DNA of 31,410 nt from Brevinema sp. (GTDB lineage Bacteria; Spirochaetota; Brevinematia; Brevinematales; Brevinemataceae), in NCBI GenBank assembly GCA_051647205.1, contig JBOFDR010000091.1, positions 1-31,410 of the forward strand, given 5' to 3'. Below are positions 25,685 through 31,410 of the stretch, in pieces; positions within the stretch are counted from its first letter, which is position 1; each line of letters starts with the position of its first letter. Below the pieces are notes generated by a model that was not told the DNA's origin, ran no database searches, and saw nothing but the letters and a program-made list of their open reading frames with translations. Made by a program: the position numbers and the translations under genes.

Positions 25685-26332
25685 TTAATTGTGTTTGTGT
25701 AAATCTTCAACTAATGTTTCTGGGGAAGAATCTTTAAAAAATCCTCCACCCATCACAAACCAATCCAATCCAGATTTTTTTAGGCTGCCCATATTTTTTC
25801 GAGAAATTCCTCCATCTGCTTCTATAATTATATTATCTCCACAAATATTACGAGCCTCTTGAACGCGTTCTAATGATTCTGGTATAAATGATTGAAACGA
25901 AAAACCTGGTTCTACACTCATGATCAAAAGCAAATCAAATTCTCCAAGAAAATCATTAATGGCAGATACAGGTGTACTTGGTTTTATAGATAACCCAGAT
26001 AGTACATTGTTAGCACGAATATCTTTAAGGATTTTTTTAACTGTAGCAGGAGTTCCTGCTTCTAAATGTATCGTTAGTACTTCAGGTTTTAATGCTAAAA
26101 ACGTTTCATAATAACCAGGAAGCTCAATCATTAGATGGATGTCTGCTTTAATTTCAGGGATAGCTGTCATAATTTGTTCAACAAACTGCAATCCAAAAGA
26201 TATATTTGGAACAAAATGATTATCCATTACATCGTAGTGTATTTTAGTGATTGATGATTTTTTGATTAATTCTAAAGAGGATTTAACATCTGAAAAATCA
26301 GAAGCAAAGAGTGATGGAAGAATATTAGTCAT
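25685..26332 (-). CDS. rpe: Ribulose-phosphate 3-epimerase
   Basis: ILPSLFASDF, IHYDVMDNHFVPNISFG, DIHLMI, TIHLE, LIMSVEPGF, IEADGGI. Confidence 0.96.
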   Translation of the reverse strand: MTNILPSLFASDFSDVKSSLELIKKSSITKIHYDVMDNHFVPNISFGLQFVEQIMTAIPEIKADIHLMIELPGYYETFLALKPEVLTIHLEAGTPATVKKILKDIRANNVLSGLSIKPSTPVSAINDFLGEFDLLLIMSVEPGFSFQSFIPESLERVQEARNICGDNIIIEADGGISRKNMGSLKKSGLDWFVMGGGFFKDSSPETLVEDLHKHN

Positions 26333-27482
26333 GGTTATAAAATCTCTCAGCGATTATTTCATTATCAGCAAAAATCGTCAATTTTGTGTTTCCATATGAT
26401 TTGAATACTCGAACAAATGATGCACCTTCTGCACCTTGTTTTTCATAAATTGTTCTAGCTCGTCCTAGTTCATCTTCTAATAATGCTTTGTAAAATTTTG
26501 CTGTTGGAGCATCTGGTGTGATGATTTCATTTGTTTGACCAAGTTCATTAGTAATAATTTCAAATTTACCAGTAGATTCTGCTTTAGGAATATAAAAATT
26601 AATTGCATGCCAACGAAGTTTGGTTTTTTCTCCAGAATCTTGAGCATGTAATCCTACATAAAGTACGACACTGCTATTTTTTGTAAGGACTTCACCTGAT
26701 TCGATATTTTGATATAGAATTAATCCATCTTCGGAATTTGATTCGATATTTGATGAAATAATAATAGGATTAATATTGTTGTTATAGAGAGTTGTAGTGA
26801 CGTATTCAATAGGTTGATAGATAAAGTCTTCCATCTCAAAAGAATCCGTTTGTTTTTTATCTGCAACACTAACAATTAAGGACACACTTCTATCTGAAAT
26901 TTGTCCAGGACTCATATTTATTGCTAAAACTATATCTGATGTATTTGTCCCAGATGGTACAGCTTGGATCGTGAAAGGGATCTTTTGAGTTTTTAGTATT
27001 TCTAAGGCTTCTCCCCTTGTCAAACCACAAATCTTTGGCACCTTATAAACATCTCTTCCTAAACTTACTGTCAAGGTAATCTCTCGTCCTTCACGTGCAA
27101 TCACACCACCGTTAGGATGTTGTCTGATGACTTTGTGAATAGGTTGATTGTTGTTAAAACGTGTCTCAAATCTGACTCTAAAATTTTCTGATTGTAAGAT
27201 ATTGATAGCTTCTAATATATCGTATTGTGTAACGTTAGGGACACGGGTTCTAGGAGATCCTATTTTGACAATAGTAAATGAAATCATAAAAGCAAGGCTC
27301 ACGGCTAATACCATCAAAATTAATGTAACCACTAAAAATCGAACCATTCGGATGTGTTCTTGTGGATTTTCAGGAAGAAGAAAATCTTTCCATGTAGATA
27401 ATTTTGTCCATTTTTTAGCAAATACAATCACAAGATTAGTATAGCTTTTTAGTTTTTGAATAATATCTGACAATTTAATCAT
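26325..27482 (-). CDS. Membrane-anchored PASTA-domain protein without a kinase domain
   Basis: Short cytoplasmic N-terminus, one TM, about three PASTA-like repeats (RVPNVT...VIRQHPNGG...ITLTVSLG; KVPKICGLT; ILYQNIESGEVL...VVLYVG). Confidence 0.85.
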   Translation of the reverse strand: MIKLSDIIQKLKSYTNLVIVFAKKWTKLSTWKDFLLPENPQEHIRMVRFLVVTLILMVLAVSLAFMISFTIVKIGSPRTRVPNVTQYDILEAINILQSENFRVRFETRFNNNQPIHKVIRQHPNGGVIAREGREITLTVSLGRDVYKVPKICGLTRGEALEILKTQKIPFTIQAVPSGTNTSDIVLAINMSPGQISDRSVSLIVSVADKKQTDSFEMEDFIYQPIEYVTTTLYNNNINPIIISSNIESNSEDGLILYQNIESGEVLTKNSSVVLYVGLHAQDSGEKTKLRWHAINFYIPKAESTGKFEIITNELGQTNEIITPDAPTAKFYKALLEDELGRARTIYEKQGAEGASFVRVFKSYGNTKLTIFADNEIIAERFYNHD

Positions 27483-27499
27483 ATAAATCCTACCGTAAA

Positions 27500-28462
27500 T
27501 TATATATTGAAGTGCTTATGATCTAGAAACAACCCTTTTTTTAAGCGGTTTCCGTTACAAAAATCTTTTCCACAAAGGGGTTTTTTGGTGGGTAATTGAA
27601 CTTTTTTTAATAGAATGGTACTCTCATAACAAGAAACAACAATACCTTCATCATTAACATCTAAGATCTCTCCTTCTTTTCCACTGTAAGGAAGATCTGA
27701 TATAGCACAATCTAAGATTTTTAAATTACCTATTTTTAAAGGAAAATATATCCCAGGTTTGACAATAAAAGCACGATAAGTATTGATGATATCTTCTGCT
27801 GTCATAGAAAAATAAACAGCTCCATCTTCTTTAGAAATCATTTTGGTGTAAGTAGCATCTTCATTGTTTTGAACAATTCGAGTGATGCTTTTATCTTTTA
27901 TTTTTTCGAGGCATGAAATCAAAAGCTTTGCTCCAGTATGCGAGAGTTTATTTTCAAGACTGATATAATTGTCTTCAGGTTCTATAGTAACACTATTTTG
28001 TCCAATGATATCCCCTTCATCCATTTTTTCGTTAATAAATTGCACAGTGTTTCCTGTTTCTGATAGCCCTTGCCAAAGTGCATACTGTATAGGAGCTGCT
28101 CCACGCAATGCTGGAAGGAGAGATGAATGAAGATTGATTGTATCGTATTTCGGAATGGTAATCATATCTTGAGGAATGATTTTACCGTAAGAAACGATAA
28201 CAAAAATGTCTGCGTCAAATGATTTTAATTGATCAAATAAGTTGGTGTTGTTTTTTAATTTTTCTGGTTGTAAAATAGGGATTTGATGTTTTTCTGCAAC
28301 TAATTTTACAGGATTAAGACGAGATGCTTTTTGTCCTCTTCCGATAACACTGTCTGGTGCTGTAACTAAAGCTTTGACATCAAAATGATGAATAAGTTTT
28401 TCAAAAGATTTGACAGAAAAATCACTATTTCCAAAAAATACAATTTTCAATAAAGTCTCCAT
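27500..28462 (-). CDS. fmt: Methionyl-tRNA formyltransferase
   Basis: KIVFFGNSDFS, VTAPD, VVSYGKIIP-like segment, INLHSSLLPALRGAAPIQ, MDEGDI. Confidence 0.97.
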   Translation of the reverse strand: METLLKIVFFGNSDFSVKSFEKLIHHFDVKALVTAPDSVIGRGQKASRLNPVKLVAEKHQIPILQPEKLKNNTNLFDQLKSFDADIFVIVSYGKIIPQDMITIPKYDTINLHSSLLPALRGAAPIQYALWQGLSETGNTVQFINEKMDEGDIIGQNSVTIEPEDNYISLENKLSHTGAKLLISCLEKIKDKSITRIVQNNEDATYTKMISKEDGAVYFSMTAEDIINTYRAFIVKPGIYFPLKIGNLKILDCAISDLPYSGKEGEILDVNDEGIVVSCYESTILLKKVQLPTKKPLCGKDFCNGNRLKKGLFLDHKHFNI

Positions 28463-28472
28463 AAGATCATTT

Positions 28473-29018
28473 TTATTCTATTATTTCTGGAAGATGTTTT
28501 TTGTTTTCCATTAAGTATTTTTGGATACACTTTTCGTTATTTGCTCGATCTGTTTCATTAAAATAATCAATAAATAATCGCCCGTGAAGGTGGTCATATT
28601 CATGTTGTAAGCAACGTGCAAATAGTCCTGTTGCTTCGATAGTACGTTGTGTACCAGAAGGGATAAATCCTGTGATTTTGATTTTAAATGGGCGCTTTAC
28701 TAGACCACGAACATTTATAAAAGAAAGACATCCTTCATGATCAGTTTCTATTTTTTTTGAAGAAAAAATTATTTTTGGATTAATGAAGATCACTTTTTGA
28801 TGAGCATATCTAGCTTCTTGCATTATGGAAAGATCTGCTATAAAAATCTGCTTTGATATACCTATTTGGGGAGCTGCAAGACCAAGCCCTCCAATATCTT
28901 GTAAGGTGTCTTTTAAATCTTCAATAATTTGAAGTATTTCTTCATCGATATGTTCTACTTCTTTTGCTGGAAGTCTAAGAGCTGGATGCCCATAAGAAAC
29001 AATAGGTTTAATAGCCAT
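28473..29018 (-). CDS. def: Peptide deformylase
   Basis: All three motifs present: GLGLAAPQIG, EGCLS, QHEYDHL. Confidence 0.97.
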   Translation of the reverse strand: MAIKPIVSYGHPALRLPAKEVEHIDEEILQIIEDLKDTLQDIGGLGLAAPQIGISKQIFIADLSIMQEARYAHQKVIFINPKIIFSSKKIETDHEGCLSFINVRGLVKRPFKIKITGFIPSGTQRTIEATGLFARCLQHEYDHLHGRLFIDYFNETDRANNEKCIQKYLMENKKHLPEIIE

Positions 29019-29035
29019 AAAATTTCCTCTGTGAT

Positions 29036-30157
29036 TTAATGGTATACAGTATTATTATTTAAAAGTACAATATTAATAATTTTACCAGCTGCGTAGATGT
29101 AATTATTTTTATAAAATACTGCAAATTGTCCAGGGGTGACAATTTCTTGAGGACTAGAGAGTTCTATCTCGAGGAGATCTTGCTCTAAAAATTGTACTTT
29201 ACCTGAGATTCTTTTGGATCGGTATCTGATTTGAATATCCCAATCGCCATCTTTAAATTTTTCAGAAAAAATATTGAGTTCTGAGACTTGGAATCTTATA
29301 CTTTTAGGTTTTTCACCAAGAATTAATGTGTTATTATTAGCATTAATTTCTCGGACAAATACTTTTTGACCAAGTGATACACCGAGTCCTTTCCGTTGAC
29401 CAAGAGCATAAAACGCAATCCCAGTATGTTCACCAATAACTTTATTATCAAAGATTATATTACCTTTATGTTCTGCAATACCATCCTTTTTTAAATAATT
29501 ACGAAAATCATCATCAACAAAACAAACATCCTGACTCTCTGATTTATTACTATTAATAGGAAGTGTTGATTGCGCAACAATACTTCGTATCTCTGATTTT
29601 TCTTTATCAGCCAAAGGAAATAATAAATAGGATAGAATCTCAGGTCTTAATAATGCAAGAAAGTAAGATTGATCTTTTTGTTCATCTTTGCCTGCTTTTA
29701 ATAAGAATTCACCATTTACCTCTTCTACTCCTGTATAGTGTCCCATGGCAACAAAATCTGCTCCGTTTTCCTTTGCAAAATCCACCAATGCTCCTAGTTT
29801 AACATAACGATTGCAGAGCATGCAAGGATTGGGGGTTTCTCCAGTAAGATAACTCTTAGTGAAAGGATCGCGAACTTTTTGTTTGAAAATCTTTGAAAGA
29901 TCTAAGGTGATATGTTTGATTCCGAGGTTGTAGCAGACCTCTTTGGCTACTAATACTTCTTCAGTAGAACAACATTTTCGTGAAGATTTTCCTATAAAAG
30001 CACCTTTTCCTGACTGAAACTCTTTTTGATCTCCACCAAGACCAACAAAAGTTACACCTGTTACCCTATAGCCCTGTTCTTTTAGCAATAGAACAGTAGC
30101 TGAGCTATCGATGCCTCCACTCATGCCTACGAAGACATGTTTTGGATTATTTTGCAT
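29036..30157 (-). CDS. mnmA: tRNA 2-thiouridylase MnmA
   Basis: PP-loop GMSGGIDS, TPNPCMLCN, AMGHY, KDQSYFL, ESQDVCF, GQRKGLG, TPGQFAVFY. Confidence 0.96.
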   Translation of the reverse strand: MQNNPKHVFVGMSGGIDSSATVLLLKEQGYRVTGVTFVGLGGDQKEFQSGKGAFIGKSSRKCCSTEEVLVAKEVCYNLGIKHITLDLSKIFKQKVRDPFTKSYLTGETPNPCMLCNRYVKLGALVDFAKENGADFVAMGHYTGVEEVNGEFLLKAGKDEQKDQSYFLALLRPEILSYLLFPLADKEKSEIRSIVAQSTLPINSNKSESQDVCFVDDDFRNYLKKDGIAEHKGNIIFDNKVIGEHTGIAFYALGQRKGLGVSLGQKVFVREINANNNTLILGEKPKSIRFQVSELNIFSEKFKDGDWDIQIRYRSKRISGKVQFLEQDLLEIELSSPQEIVTPGQFAVFYKNNYIYAAGKIINIVLLNNNTVYH

Positions 30158-30178
30158 ATCATTTTCTCGATAAATTTT

Positions 30179-30754
30179 TTATTTTTTCTTTAATTGATCG
30201 ATTTTATCCCGTAAAAACTCTAAAGCTTTTTTAGGTGTACCCTCTGGGAGTTTCGTAAGAAGATCAACAAATTTAGTATCTTCATCAATAATATCTTCTT
30301 TATTTAATTCAATAAAATCAATTGCTTCCTGATCAGTGATTTTATCTAGTAATCTCATTCCATCATTAGATAATGATACCAAATAATACAAAGTCCCCAA
30401 TTTAATAATCAAAAAATAAGATCCTAATCCTGCTGGAACTGTAGCAATAATCTCAAGACTTTTATTTGCTCTTGTCATAGATATTGTATTGCGTCCAAAA
30501 AAGAATTTAACAATGATCCAAAGTAAAAACCCTAAGATCCCTGCAATAATAAGCATCCTTAAAAAAGCTAATCCTATGGATTCATTTTGAAGAGTAGGTG
30601 TAGTCTGAGGATTACCACCGTCGTAAAATTCTCCAAGAAAACTAGTGGTAGTGTTGCTTTCTGTGATATTTATGTCTGTGGTATTAGAGATATTGTCTTG
30701 AGAAAAGACTAAAGGAGATATAAGAATTATTAAAAAATAAATTATTTTTTTCAT
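30179..30754 (-). CDS. fliO: Flagellar export chaperone FliO (FliO/FliZ family)
   Basis: Signal peptide, polar linker, TM (FLRMLIIAGILGFLLWIIV), then the FliO beta-domain LEIIATVPAGLGSYFLIIKLGTLYYLVSLSNDGMRLLDKI. Confidence 0.8.
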   Translation of the reverse strand: MKKIIYFLIILISPLVFSQDNISNTTDINITESNTTTSFLGEFYDGGNPQTTPTLQNESIGLAFLRMLIIAGILGFLLWIIVKFFFGRNTISMTRANKSLEIIATVPAGLGSYFLIIKLGTLYYLVSLSNDGMRLLDKITDQEAIDFIELNKEDIIDEDTKFVDLLTKLPEGTPKKALEFLRDKIDQLKKK

Positions 30755-30760
30755 GATATT

Positions 30761-30789
30761 ATCATATTATAAAAATGTAATTATGTCAA
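30761..30789 (-). promoter_or_regulatory. sigma70 promoter predicting a leaderless fliO transcript
   Basis: TTGACA (30789-30784), N17, TATGAT (30766-30761), 6 nt before the ATG at 30754. No SD. Confidence 0.7.
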
Positions 30790-30937
30790 ATAGATAGCAT
30801 AGCTGTGTTGTTGTTTTATTTCTATTTTATAATGAATTATCTTGTTATTTTTATTAATATTTTTGATAAAAATCCGAAAACTAAGATAGTATTAATTTTG
30901 TTTTTGATATTTATTTTAAAAACATGTTGAGGGTGTT

Positions 30938-31410
30938 ATGAAATTTTTTGTGCTCTTTAGTCTTTTATTTTCTTCTTTTTATTTGTCAGTTAATTTATTT
31001 CCTCAAGGCTATGAAGGTGATGCCTATTATGAAGAAGATGCTACTTATGATGAAGAAGAGAGTGAAGAAACCCCAGTAGAAGATGAGGAAGATGATACTG
31101 AAAAAATTCCATCAGAAGATAGCCCTACGCAAACACCTCCTATCGTACTGTCTAATGATACCAATACTCCAACAGTAGATCCGACCATTATTAACAAGAA
31201 AAAATTAATTCTTCCTGTATTAACAGATTATAAACCTCTTAGTGTTGTTGATCCTACTAATCCAGAACTTCCAGCTAATCATCAGCTTAAAAAAATTAGA
31301 GGTACTATTTGGAAGGGGAATAGACGTTTACTAATTACAAATGACTACAATATCGTGAAAGAGCAACGTTTGTATTTGTATTTTTCAGAGAACAGAGACG
31401 CTATTGCGTA
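30938..31410 (+). CDS. Exported hypothetical protein, 3'-truncated by the window end (absent from the ORF track)
   Basis: SD gagg, then ATG 30938. Open to the window end: MKFFVLFSLLFSSFYLSVNLFPQ, followed by an acidic Glu/Asp stretch and a Pro/Thr linker. Confidence 0.75.
   Translation, partial: MKFFVLFSLLFSSFYLSVNLFPQGYEGDAYYEEDATYDEEESEETPVEDEEDDTEKIPSEDSPTQTPPIVLSNDTNTPTVDPTIINKKKLILPVLTDYKPLSVVDPTNPELPANHQLKKIRGTIWKGNRRLLITNDYNIVKEQRLYLYFSENRDAIA

Noticed and set aside
12650-29802. Short track ORFs at 12650, 16416, 25069, 25920, 27148 and 29563
   Set aside because: Antisense or overlapping with well-supported genes, or (25069-25251) an AT-rich frame with a TTG start, no SD and no protein-like features.
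30000-30060. Insertion and CC pair in the MnmA N-terminal domain
   Set aside because: This loop is variable and a CC motif here is common in MnmA proteins.

Overview
AT-rich chromosomal window, most likely from a spirochete. This is inferred from a DUF5312-like ORF, a stand-alone FliO, the def-fmt-PASTA-rpe order and sigma28-type promoters; a Brevinematales-like lineage is plausible but unproven. Housekeeping genes include hflX, slyD, tex, mnmA, def, fmt, rpe, a split transketolase and tRNA-Val(TAC). I saw no CRISPR array, IS element, prophage or rRNA. The best candidate for an undescribed system is a set of three chemosensory proteins that keep their folds but have lost canonical motifs: a CheA-like pseudokinase (no phospho-His, no N-box Asn, no ATP lid/G2 box) carrying an internal FliM-N-like peptide LLSSDEINALM, an adjacent CheW lacking NLRG, and an MCP with a rewritten signalling tip behind a good sigma28 promoter. 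Other candidates are an ECF-like sigma factor with a ~100-aa insertion in region 4 plus a zinc-ligand-free anti-sigma-like partner, and a transketolase-PnuC-atypical nucleoside phosphorylase operon. Also noted are an apparently leaderless fliO-mnmA-def-fmt-PASTA-rpe operon, a structured tex leader, paralogous beta-barrel genes flanking tex, an in-frame deletion in the SlyD IF domain, and a GT2-TagF-like-GT2 cassette. All alignments were made by eye against remembered family consensus sequences; no database searches were run.
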